Source of the DNA: Carpediemonas membranifera BICM
Lineage: Eukaryota; Protista; Fornicata
DNA length: 64,000 nt
Direction: 5' to 3'
Assembly (NCBI GenBank): GCA_019828565.1
Contig: JAHDYR010000014.1
Span: 248,001 to 312,000, forward strand
A model generated the notes under the pieces. That model saw only the letters and a list, made by a program, of their open reading frames with translations. It was not told the DNA's origin and searched no databases. A program made the translations under genes and the position numbers. Numbering within the stretch: the stretch's first letter is position 1; each line of letters begins with the position of its first letter. Shown here piece by piece: positions 1 to 8,955 of this stretch.

Positions 1-156
1 AGCTTGGAGCTCGGGATGCAGTGTCCCGCCAACGCCGACGTCCTCGACTGGGTCGGTGCAAGCATCGTCAGCGAGCTCAGCACCTTCCAGTCGGCCATGG
101 TGAGTCGGCATCAGTTCCACGAGGATCATAAGGCTGTGTACGTTTCCGATCTTTGA
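1..156 (+). CDS. 3' end of actin-related protein (partial, runs in from window start)
   Basis: Frame +1 reads ...DWVGASIVSELSTFQSAMVSRHQFHED...*, matching the actin-family C-terminal WIGGSILASLSTFQxMWISKxEY motif; TGA at 154-156. Confidence 0.75.
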   Translation, partial: SLELGMQCPANADVLDWVGASIVSELSTFQSAMVSRHQFHEDHKAVYVSDL

Positions 157-324
157 AGGAGCTGGGGATAAATGGACGAAGGGCTGAAAGGACTCGGGTA
201 CTTGGCTCATTGTGTGTATAGCAAGGGATGAGGTCGACGCAATCATGAGATTTTGAGAATCTCGCCTAAATTGAGCAGGCTATTTTCGACCACGGATCAA
301 ACGACGGTTAAACGAACCGAATGA

Positions 325-1299
325 ATGGGAAAGAATGCAGTTCTGCTACTACTTGCTCTTATTACCGCATCTCTCGCTGTCAGAACCTATACGATGGATT
401 GTCAGTATTCCAGCGACTACAGGGGAGAGGTACACGCTTCTATGGGCGCTAACGACGTCATCGGTGTTATAGTAACCGGTGATGCGAATCCATACACTTT
501 GGTAGACATTAGCGCCAACTTCAGCGAGCCGCTTAACGCCTTTATCGTCCCTGGAGCTGAATATGAATCTTTCCTCCATTCAACCTCGACCCTCCATGAT
601 CTAATGGGGAAAGCAACGTTGACTAGCCTCGGGAGGCGGGTTTTCACCTTCTCCAACAACATTGACACGTTCTTCAAGGACGAGACTGTTGTTGTTGTGC
701 TAAACGCCCCCGTGACTGCCAACGTCTCCATGCTGGTGACAATGACCTCGCCTGTGTCGACTGGCTGGGTCCTCATAGTATCCACTGTCATCGGGATGAC
801 TGTTTTCTTCTTCGTGCTCTACCACGCGGTGGTGTTCGCCGCTGTCGTCATTGCAACTGCGTATGCCCCGGTCAGAACAGGGCCCAAGTCCAAGTGGGTA
901 GCACTCATACGCGTGCTGATCCCGGGTGCCTCGTACAACAGTTACCTTGGCCGCCCACTCGCTGCTGTTGCTTCGCTGCTCACATTCGGCTTCTGCTTCG
1001 GACCTCTCTTCGCACTGCCCATCGTCCTGCTCCGTGTTCACCGGTACAATGGCACGCACGCGGGCCCCTCTGGCCCCAAGCCGATGCTCTTGGCTCAACG
1101 GACGAACTCAGCCATTGACCTTGATGCTATCGGGACAGTGAACGACGGCGAAACCCACGCTCCAGTTCACAGCCCCGGTCTGGACAGCATCGGGCCTGTG
1201 TCACGCCCGTGGATGCCGGTCTGGGTTGACGGAACAGCGCTGGACAGTGAAAGCGACGACCCGTCTGAGAGTGGCTGGATGCCAGGCCACGCAGGTTAA
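325..1299 (+). CDS. Hypothetical membrane protein (signal peptide, 2-3 TM segments)
   Basis: 324-aa ORF; hydrophobic N-terminus MGKNAVLLLLALITASLA and internal hydrophobic helices; no family recognised. Confidence 0.65.
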   Translation: MGKNAVLLLLALITASLAVRTYTMDCQYSSDYRGEVHASMGANDVIGVIVTGDANPYTLVDISANFSEPLNAFIVPGAEYESFLHSTSTLHDLMGKATLTSLGRRVFTFSNNIDTFFKDETVVVVLNAPVTANVSMLVTMTSPVSTGWVLIVSTVIGMTVFFFVLYHAVVFAAVVIATAYAPVRTGPKSKWVALIRVLIPGASYNSYLGRPLAAVASLLTFGFCFGPLFALPIVLLRVHRYNGTHAGPSGPKPMLLAQRTNSAIDLDAIGTVNDGETHAPVHSPGLDSIGPVSRPWMPVWVDGTALDSESDDPSESGWMPGHAG

Positions 1300-1626
1300 C
1301 GGGGAGTTGTTTTGTAGTTTATAAAGGGTCGTCGACCGATCCAGTCAGAGTGGGCAATGAGATTCTCGTCGTATCTAGGAATAATCTGTGTTGACCGGGA
1401 AAGACCTTGACATACCGTTCGTATGACGGTCACTCAAGACTCACTTCGTCGAACCTTCGCCTCCCCTATGCGTGACAGGCGCTGGATAGGGTATAGAATG
1501 AAGATACTCTCATTGATTCGGAGAATCAATGATCAAAAGATATGATTTGAACAAGATTAGTGTGCTGTGCAGAATACTGCTTTGGGAAACTGCGTTATTT
1601 CGTCGACACGCTTCGACGATCATTTA

Positions 1627-3270
1627 ATGACGACAATCGCGGAATTAGAAGCTCAAATCGTCGCGATGAAAGCCGTCTCGGACCGGAACTTCCTTCTGAG
1701 ATCGGCATTCACGGTATTAACGATGCAAGGCGGCTTTGCAGCGCTTGAAGCCGGTTGTGTACGCAAGCGGAACTCGGCAAACATTATGGCGAAGAACCTG
1801 ACTGATATTGGCGTTGGAGCTATATCCTACTGGGCTCTGGGTTACGGCCTCTCCTATGGGATCCATGACGGATGGTCTAACGGCTTTGCTGGCACCGCAG
1901 ACTTCTTCATCAGCTCGGAATCGGAGCATCTTGCCGCCTGGGTGTTCCAGTTCTCTTTTGCAGCGACGGCTTCAACCATTGTGTCAGGCGCGTGGGCTGA
2001 GCGCACCAAGTTCTCCTTCTACGTCTTCTTTTCATTCCTCCTCAATCTCTTCGTCTACCCCATCGCCGCCCACTGGATCTGGGCCTCGGACGGCTTCTTC
2101 GCGAAGGACTCCCCCAACAATCCGTTCCCCGAGGGTACAGCCGACTTTGCTGGTGGCACCGTTGTCCATCTCCTGGGTGGCACCGCAGGACTTGTTGGCA
2201 CCATCATCCTCAAGCCCAGACACCAGCGCTTCACGTCCGATGACTGGGATGTAGTCGACCCGTTCCAGATGATCCTCGGTCTTTTCGTGCTCTTCTGGGG
2301 CTGGTACGGCTTCAACTCAGGGTCAACTCAGGGTCTCTCCGGGAACAGGGACTATGTTGCAGCCACTGTCTGTCTGAACACCACCATCAGTGCCGGGGGC
2401 GCGCTGCTGGTGTCCATCATGTTCTGTCTGATCAAGAGCCGGGGGAAGGTCGTCGACATCGCCACCATGGTCAACGCCACCCTTGCCGGCCTGGTCGGCA
2501 TCACTCCCGCCTGTGCGTTTGTGTCAGCCCCTGCATCCATCGGGATCGGCGTCATCACCTGCTGCACGGTCCTCACGGCTGACTTCCTCCTCCCCAAGCT
2601 CCGCATCGACGACCCTGTATCTGCCTTCCCTGTCCACGGCGTGGGGGGCATCACTGGCATGCTCCTGACAGGCATATTCGCCCAACCTGATGCACACAAC
2701 GTCTACAACTACAAGGGCCTCATTCACGGCGGAGGATTCTGGCTTCTCTTCATGCAGCTGACCTCGTGTCTCTGTGTCATTGCCTGGACGGCCGTATGCA
2801 CCGTCCTCATCGTCCTCCCCGCTCGCCTGCTTGGCATGGTGAGGGTATCCATTGCCGACGAAGTCCGGGGGCTTGACTACTCTGAGCACAGGGTGGGTCA
2901 GAGTGACATGGAGAAGTCTGTAATGCAGCGTATCACCAAGTATATCGAGACAATCACTAATGACAAAAAGACTATGCTCAATCCATCCGCATCTGGTGGT
3001 GGTCTTGATCAGATGTCGGATTTCGGTGACAATGGCTTCACGTCCCACTTCAGCGGCAGCGGCAGGCCCGAGCACGTATCCGATGCCGAGATTGCCCGCA
3101 TTGTTCAGATGACTCACCCCCTTCATACCGAGTCGATCAGAACATTCGACACCATCGATGAGCTCGAACTTCTGCCAGGCCAGAGTGAGCATCCCAGTGG
3201 CAGCAGCATTGCTAATGGTATCGAGTTCACAGCGGCGTCCTCTGTGCTCGATGCTGACGAGTCGGCATAG
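1627..3270 (+). CDS. amt: Ammonium transporter (Amt/MEP family)
   Basis: MQGGFAALEAG, FQFSFAATASTIVSGAWAER, DFAGGTVVH, GWYGFNSGS, DDPVSAFPVHGVGG motifs; first ATG at 1627. Confidence 0.95.
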   Translation: MTTIAELEAQIVAMKAVSDRNFLLRSAFTVLTMQGGFAALEAGCVRKRNSANIMAKNLTDIGVGAISYWALGYGLSYGIHDGWSNGFAGTADFFISSESEHLAAWVFQFSFAATASTIVSGAWAERTKFSFYVFFSFLLNLFVYPIAAHWIWASDGFFAKDSPNNPFPEGTADFAGGTVVHLLGGTAGLVGTIILKPRHQRFTSDDWDVVDPFQMILGLFVLFWGWYGFNSGSTQGLSGNRDYVAATVCLNTTISAGGALLVSIMFCLIKSRGKVVDIATMVNATLAGLVGITPACAFVSAPASIGIGVITCCTVLTADFLLPKLRIDDPVSAFPVHGVGGITGMLLTGIFAQPDAHNVYNYKGLIHGGGFWLLFMQLTSCLCVIAWTAVCTVLIVLPARLLGMVRVSIADEVRGLDYSEHRVGQSDMEKSVMQRITKYIETITNDKKTMLNPSASGGGLDQMSDFGDNGFTSHFSGSGRPEHVSDAEIARIVQMTHPLHTESIRTFDTIDELELLPGQSEHPSGSSIANGIEFTAASSVLDADESA

Positions 3271-3862
3271 GTCTATTGTAAAATTGTACTTTATGGTGAG
3301 TGTAATAGAGGCGATCTAGGCATTCATGTGTGAGTCGGCCAAGTCTCACTAAACCCACGGGGCAGCAGACCATTTGGTATGGTCCAAGCCTGTGGACTAT
3401 CTCGCTACGCACGGCAGGCTGATGGCAACATAACCACACTCTTCATATCTAATAGCATGCCGTTTCAGACGCGGCTGATCGGGCCGACCTTTTAACCTTG
3501 AGCCCTGACCGAGCAGACCAGGGGAATGTGAGGTCAACCCAACGTAAACGAGTGCAAACCAGAGCCAGAACTTCACTCAACCACTGCTATTCCAACCCTG
3601 CTGATGGTCAGAGATTCTCGGGGTCTCATTGAAATATCACGGCGGCGATCACACTCGACCCGAGCAACGTGGTAAACGAGGGAAACGTCAGGGAATGTTC
3701 ACACTCAGCAAGGGCGACAGCGAGATCGAATACGAGGCGGTATGTGACCCTTTAGCACATCGTCTCCGGGGTTCCAACGTCAGTCTTTCCCTGAATCGCG
3801 ACGATCAATCAAAATGAGATTTGATCGGAGCTTATCGCCTGTTTCCGTTTCTGGGCACCAGA

Positions 3863-4705
3863 ATGTCGCTGCTGCCGTTTGATTTGAAGTTCTCGCCTAG
3901 ACCAACGCCTTTTATCTCCAGGGCGTTTGCTACGATCCGCCGGCTTCTCGGTCGCCTGATTCCATTACTGAGTGCTGAAAACTCCCTTATACGAAGCCTG
4001 GTACGCTCAAAACTCGACATCGACGACTTCGTAGACATGTTCATCCTCCACATGTTCCGTATTTGCCCGAGCCTTCGTTCTTTCGACCCGTTTACTCCCA
4101 CTTCATCGTGGACAACCCAGCTTGTCATCCAGCAGCGTCTTGAGATCGCCATGGGACGCATCAAGGAGGCCTATATGCTCATGGACTCAGTGCATACTAA
4201 CGCCGTGCCCCTTGAGTCCAACCCCACGCACGATGCCATGCTCTCCAAGCTGGCCTCCGTCCTTGCCCAGTACAGGACCAATGGCCACCCCGAGGCGACC
4301 TGGGAGGACATCGGTTTCCAGCGACCCGACTCACCGCGGACAGACTTCAGACAGGACGGCCATCTCTGCCTGATGCTCATGGTGTCTGTCCATTGGACAA
4401 TGCCAGACGCCTTCTTCGCAATGATCGACGCGGCCAACACCGCTGTGCCCGCCTACCCCTTTGCCCTCGCCTTCATCCACATGGTCATCCTGCTTCACAT
4501 GACCATGGATCGCACTCCGTTGCTGCTCAGGCGGGCAGGGGCCGCGGAGGTGATCAAGATCGACACCGTCGTCGCGCCTGCTTTGGTAGAAATGATGTCG
4601 TCATTCCACAGCTACTGGTCAGCCCACCCCCCGTCGTCGCTGTTCGGATTTAACGAAGTATTCCACACCTGGGCCCAGGAGTTTATTTATGAGTGTTTTG
4701 AGTGA
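3863..4705 (+). CDS. ELMO/CED-12 domain protein (ELMOD-like)
   Basis: WEDIGFQRPDSPRTDFRQDGHLCL resembles the ELMO WxxxGFQxxDPxTDFRxxGxLxL motif; YPFALA also present; ATG at 3863. Confidence 0.8.
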   Translation: MSLLPFDLKFSPRPTPFISRAFATIRRLLGRLIPLLSAENSLIRSLVRSKLDIDDFVDMFILHMFRICPSLRSFDPFTPTSSWTTQLVIQQRLEIAMGRIKEAYMLMDSVHTNAVPLESNPTHDAMLSKLASVLAQYRTNGHPEATWEDIGFQRPDSPRTDFRQDGHLCLMLMVSVHWTMPDAFFAMIDAANTAVPAYPFALAFIHMVILLHMTMDRTPLLLRRAGAAEVIKIDTVVAPALVEMMSSFHSYWSAHPPSSLFGFNEVFHTWAQEFIYECFE

Positions 4706-4761
4706 ACGATCGTTGATACACCCAGTTTAGTGATAATTTAGTGAAATAGGATAAAATATCT

Positions 4762-6354
4762 CTATAGCGGCACCAGCAGGCCGACTGTCATTCCGAGCTG
4801 CTGCCAGCCCTCGCCCTTGGAGGAGCACTCGCTGTACAGCAGCTCCAACAAGGGTCTCTTCCAACCGCTGGCACGGAGATAGTTCACGAGTGGTGCAATC
4901 TCATCATGGTGGGTCATCGCATGGTGGGCGAGCCCGCGGACGTCGTTGTAGGCTTGGATGACCTTCGTCATCACATCGCGTGCTTTCATGACCGACCGTA
5001 AGGCGCTCTCCAGACCGTCCGACTGCCTTGTTGACTCCATGTGGAAATCTGCCGCGATCCTGTCAATCTCGTACGGTATCGCGTGCGACTGATCGACCAA
5101 CACAGATCCGCTGGGTCGGTCGAGATCAACGAGGAAGTAGTTGTCGGGCATGTCGGGCAGCCGGGCCGGGCGAGCTGGCCTCTTCGCCCTTGTCGACTTG
5201 GGTGTGATCAAATGATGCGAGGCAAGTACAGATGCATGATACAGGGACGGGTCCGGATCCGGGATTTCATATCCAGGATCTTCAATAATCTGATACATAT
5301 CTGGGATATTAAACCAGAGTGCATTGTCATCGATCCTAGATAGCGTCGGGAACAAGTCAAGCCCGCTATCGCCGTGGAGGAAGAGGTTGTTCCACTGGGT
5401 TTGGGTCAAGTCGAGGTAGACTTTGGGTTCCTCGCCAGCTGGGACGGAGAAGGACTCTCCCAGAGCTGCGGCAGCCATGGAGATCTGCTCTGGCGTGACA
5501 TGTTGGGCGGGCTCATAAACTATGGCTGGTCTGTCCTGGGGCAGGGTACTGAGGAACATCAGGTCATCTCCATGGGCTGAGGGGCCGTTCAGCTGAGTCA
5601 GGGCCCTGCTGTGGAGCTGGAATATCCGGGCGAACCGGGCAAATACCATGGCTGAAACTGGGGCGGCGGACCGGATGAGGATGGATCTGTTGGACAGCAT
5701 GGCGAGCATAAATTGTCCAAGCTGCTTACCCAGGCGCCTCGCAGTGTATGCCACGTAGTCGATGGTGATATACGGCCACACATGCAGTGAGATGGCCAGC
5801 GTCCGCTGCCGCCCCTCCCTAAGAACCTGACCAGCGCAGTCCAGGTAGGCGTCCATGTCGGGTGATAGCCACCGCCAGACGTCTGTGTACTCGTCCTCCA
5901 CGTCGTACAGCACTAGCACGATGAAGTATTGCTTCACCGGCAAGAAGGCATGCACGGGGGCGAGGCGGGCGGGAGCGACGTACCGGTTGTCACCAATAGA
6001 CGCTGATAAACCGGACTTGGCGGGGTCTGGGGTGATTGGGCGCATGTCTGTCATCGTGGTGATGGACGAGGACCGCGAGCTCTTCCGGGTCAGCGATTGT
6101 ACTGTGTCGACGTCGAAACGCCGGCCATAGCAGAGTGTGTGAATCCGACGGCCATGTCTCTCTAACGCAATCTCAAACGATGTGCCGTCATGCTGTAAAC
6201 TGGCTGAGTTTGCTGACAGATAGTTCTGCAGCCATCTGTCGCTGTCTGGCTCCATATCTGTGTCTCGCACAAGAAAGAACTCTCGCGCAGGCCCTTTTCT
6301 ACCACCATTGTGTGGCGTGACAATCTCATAGCACGCATGATAAGCACGTACCAT
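4762..6354 (-). CDS. Hypothetical protein, possibly divergent longin/DENN-like
   Basis: 530-aa ORF with ATG; the segment AMLSNRSILIRS weakly resembles a DENN core; family call is tentative. Confidence 0.55.
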   Translation of the reverse strand: MVRAYHACYEIVTPHNGGRKGPAREFFLVRDTDMEPDSDRWLQNYLSANSASLQHDGTSFEIALERHGRRIHTLCYGRRFDVDTVQSLTRKSSRSSSITTMTDMRPITPDPAKSGLSASIGDNRYVAPARLAPVHAFLPVKQYFIVLVLYDVEDEYTDVWRWLSPDMDAYLDCAGQVLREGRQRTLAISLHVWPYITIDYVAYTARRLGKQLGQFMLAMLSNRSILIRSAAPVSAMVFARFARIFQLHSRALTQLNGPSAHGDDLMFLSTLPQDRPAIVYEPAQHVTPEQISMAAAALGESFSVPAGEEPKVYLDLTQTQWNNLFLHGDSGLDLFPTLSRIDDNALWFNIPDMYQIIEDPGYEIPDPDPSLYHASVLASHHLITPKSTRAKRPARPARLPDMPDNYFLVDLDRPSGSVLVDQSHAIPYEIDRIAADFHMESTRQSDGLESALRSVMKARDVMTKVIQAYNDVRGLAHHAMTHHDEIAPLVNYLRASGWKRPLLELLYSECSSKGEGWQQLGMTVGLLVPL

Positions 6355-6489
6355 TGTTTTGGACCACGCTGTTGTGAGATGTGCAAATCTGGCAAATCAT
6401 GAAACCGCTGTATCCGTCTCATCTCGCCCCTCAGGAACCCTCCTCGACCATCACACGTCTCTACTGAATATTTATAAGTCACAGGAAAT

Positions 6490-7803
6490 CTACACGGTGT
6501 CCTCCTCGATGGTCCGGATGACCATGCCAGAGAGCAGCTTGGGCAGCAGGTACGTGCTCTTGGGGGGGCAAATGGCGCCGGCGTCGGCAACCTTGAACAG
6601 CTGCTCCATGGTCAGGGGGAACACAGCGAAGCCGCAGGCGTTCTTGTCCTTGTTGGCGTCGGCGACCTTCTCCATGCCGTGGAGGCCGCGGTCGCCACCG
6701 ACAAAGCGGATGATCTCCGAGGTGCGGAGGTTCTTGATGCCGAAGAAGGGGTCGAGGATGAGCTTCGTCAGGATCTCGGCGTCGATCGAGTCGATGGGGT
6801 GGCTGTCGTCCACGGGGTTGGTCAGGGTGAGGCGGAACCACTCGCCCTCCATGTAGAAGCCGAACTCGTGCATCTTGGTAGGCTTGGCGTGGTGAGCGGG
6901 GGCCAGGCTGTGCTCGGTGTCGGGCTTGCCGGCGTCCTGGACACCGAGGGACTCGACCTTGAAGTACTTCTCGAGCTCGGCGAGGACCTCCGCCTTGGTG
7001 TAGGGGCTGTCGATGATGACGCGGTTGTAGTCGAAGATGGCGAGCTGGTCGTGGGGGAAGATCACGCTCAAGAACCAGCGGGCGGGGTGCGACTCGGGGA
7101 GGGTCACGCCCTGGGCCTCGGCCTCTTTGATGCGGCGCTGGCCGACCTTAAAGGCGGACTCGGAGCGGTGGTGGCCGTCGCAGATGTACAGGGAGTCAAC
7201 AGTGCCGAAGAGCTCGATGACGCGCTCATAGTTGGCGGGGTCGATGCGCCAGATGGTGTGCTCGGTCTCGTCGCACTCGGCGCAGGGGATCTGGAAGATG
7301 GGCTCGGTCTTAACGGTCTCGTCGAGGATGGCGGTCAGGTCCTCGCGGGCCTTGTAGGCGAGATAGACGGGGCCGACGTTGGCGTTCTGGGTGTCGACCA
7401 TCCGGACACGGTCCTGCTCCTTCTTCTCGACAGTCACCTCGTGCTTCTTGATGGCGCCGGAAGCATAGTCAGCAACGGCAGTGAGGGCAACGAAGCCAGT
7501 CTGGGCGTGACCGGCCTTGGCCTGGCGGTAGGCATAGATCTGGGGCTGCTCATCACGGACGAGCTTGCCGTCCTCGATGAAACGCTGAAGGTTGTCCCGG
7601 CCGGTGGCGTACACGATGTCGCTGTAGGGATCAGTGCCCTTGGGAAGATCGATATCGGGCTTGTTCAGGTGGAGAACTGAATCAGGGTTCTTATCACCGA
7701 TAACGCGGGCCTCAGAGGAGGAAATGACGTCGTATGGGGGGCCGGGAAGCGTCTGGCGGCAATCGGCGCCGGGAATCCATCCACGGAAAGACTTAACCTT
7801 CAT
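6490..7803 (-). CDS. DUF1015 family protein (bacterial-like)
   Basis: PPYDVIS, IKKHE, YICDGHHR, YNRV and PPKSTYxxPKLLSG motifs; ATG at 7803; strong C/G-ending codon bias. Confidence 0.9.
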   Translation of the reverse strand: MKVKSFRGWIPGADCRQTLPGPPYDVISSSEARVIGDKNPDSVLHLNKPDIDLPKGTDPYSDIVYATGRDNLQRFIEDGKLVRDEQPQIYAYRQAKAGHAQTGFVALTAVADYASGAIKKHEVTVEKKEQDRVRMVDTQNANVGPVYLAYKAREDLTAILDETVKTEPIFQIPCAECDETEHTIWRIDPANYERVIELFGTVDSLYICDGHHRSESAFKVGQRRIKEAEAQGVTLPESHPARWFLSVIFPHDQLAIFDYNRVIIDSPYTKAEVLAELEKYFKVESLGVQDAGKPDTEHSLAPAHHAKPTKMHEFGFYMEGEWFRLTLTNPVDDSHPIDSIDAEILTKLILDPFFGIKNLRTSEIIRFVGGDRGLHGMEKVADANKDKNACGFAVFPLTMEQLFKVADAGAICPPKSTYLLPKLLSGMVIRTIEEDTV

Positions 7804-8081
7804 TTCGATCGAAGAGTAGTTCTGAAAGGTCAACGAGCGTCCAGTCTCCTAATTTCTCGTCACAATCTTACAGTCGCAGAGTCAAAGATTTGATGGTCAT
7901 AATGACATATGCGTCCGTGGACATACACTGTCTGGGCTGGGTATTCCAGGAGCGTCATTTCGGATCACCATCGAACACAGCCTGTTCAGGCAATCAGGTG
8001 TGATCGTCGAAACCAGGCCTTGCACCAATACTAGGCCCAGCCAAACAATAATGCAGCTACCGGCCATGTACTAACCCATAT

Positions 8082-8782
8082 TTATTCGAACAGCTGCACC
8101 CGGAGCTGATCGAGCTGGTCTTCGACAATCTGGTTCAAACGCGCATCAAAAGTGCAGTCTATGTGCACAGACCCGGTATCGTTGGTCAGAATCACACCAC
8201 CGGCACAGTAGCCGTCGATGTCATCAATCGACTCGGCCTTAGCGGGTGGCGCCGGGGGAAGGGGTTGCTCCGACAACGTCGCAGTGTAATCCTCGCCGGC
8301 CTCCGCACACGCGCCGGCAATGGCAGCGGTGGCCTTATCCGCGTCACCGGGCCGAGCTCTGACGAGGTATGCCCCCGGGCCGTATGCCGTCATGCCCTGA
8401 ACGAGGAGCTTCTTAAGGATGGCAGTGTATTCCCCGGTCTCCGCTACCTTCACAAGCTGTGCATGCGCCTTGAAGATCGCGTCTTCGAGGACAGCTTGTC
8501 TCTTCTCCAGCTCGAGCATGCGGGACTCGTTCATTGTTCGGGAGTGCTTGATCCGAATGTCGCGGAGTGCAGTTACAGCCTTCTTTTTGTACATAGCAGC
8601 AAGCTTCTTGCGCTCAGCTTCAATTTGCCGAAGCTTCTCCTGGTTGGCATGCTCGCGAGCGCTCATGGTGATCTCATTGACGACTTCGTTCGCCTCGTTC
8701 TCAATAAACTTGATCATCTTTGCTATCTGTGCCTCCACTGCGTAATTAGCAACGTTGGGAGCATACCTTGCTTTGTGTTCAT
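8082..8782 (-). CDS. VMA4: V-type ATPase V1 subunit E (2 exons: 8782-8767, 8737-8082)
   Basis: Spliced start MNTKQVEAQIAKMIKFIENEANE; GGVIL...DCTFDARL...LF C-terminus typical of ATP6V1E. Confidence 0.9.
8738..8766 (-). other. 29-nt spliceosomal intron
   Basis: GTATGC...GCTAATTACGCAG; removal joins the ATG exon in frame to the subunit E ORF. Confidence 0.85.
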
Positions 8783-8955
8783 CTTTATGGCGGAGATATC
8801 GTTCCTGTGGGTGCTCAGCTTTTTTTCTGGAAAAAAATAGGACCCAGCCAAGAGGATCTATGCGCCTAGCTGCCTAGTCGTACACCCAAACACCCTGCCT
8901 TGGCCGGTTAGGTAGCGCATTAAAGTTTGGAGCCCCTTCCAGACGTCCAAAACAA

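Noticed and set aside
6679-7680. Long antisense ORFs (also 33114-34136, 37316-38188, 58366-59724, 35881-36981)
   Set aside because: Shadows of strongly C/G-biased real genes on the opposite strand; no motifs
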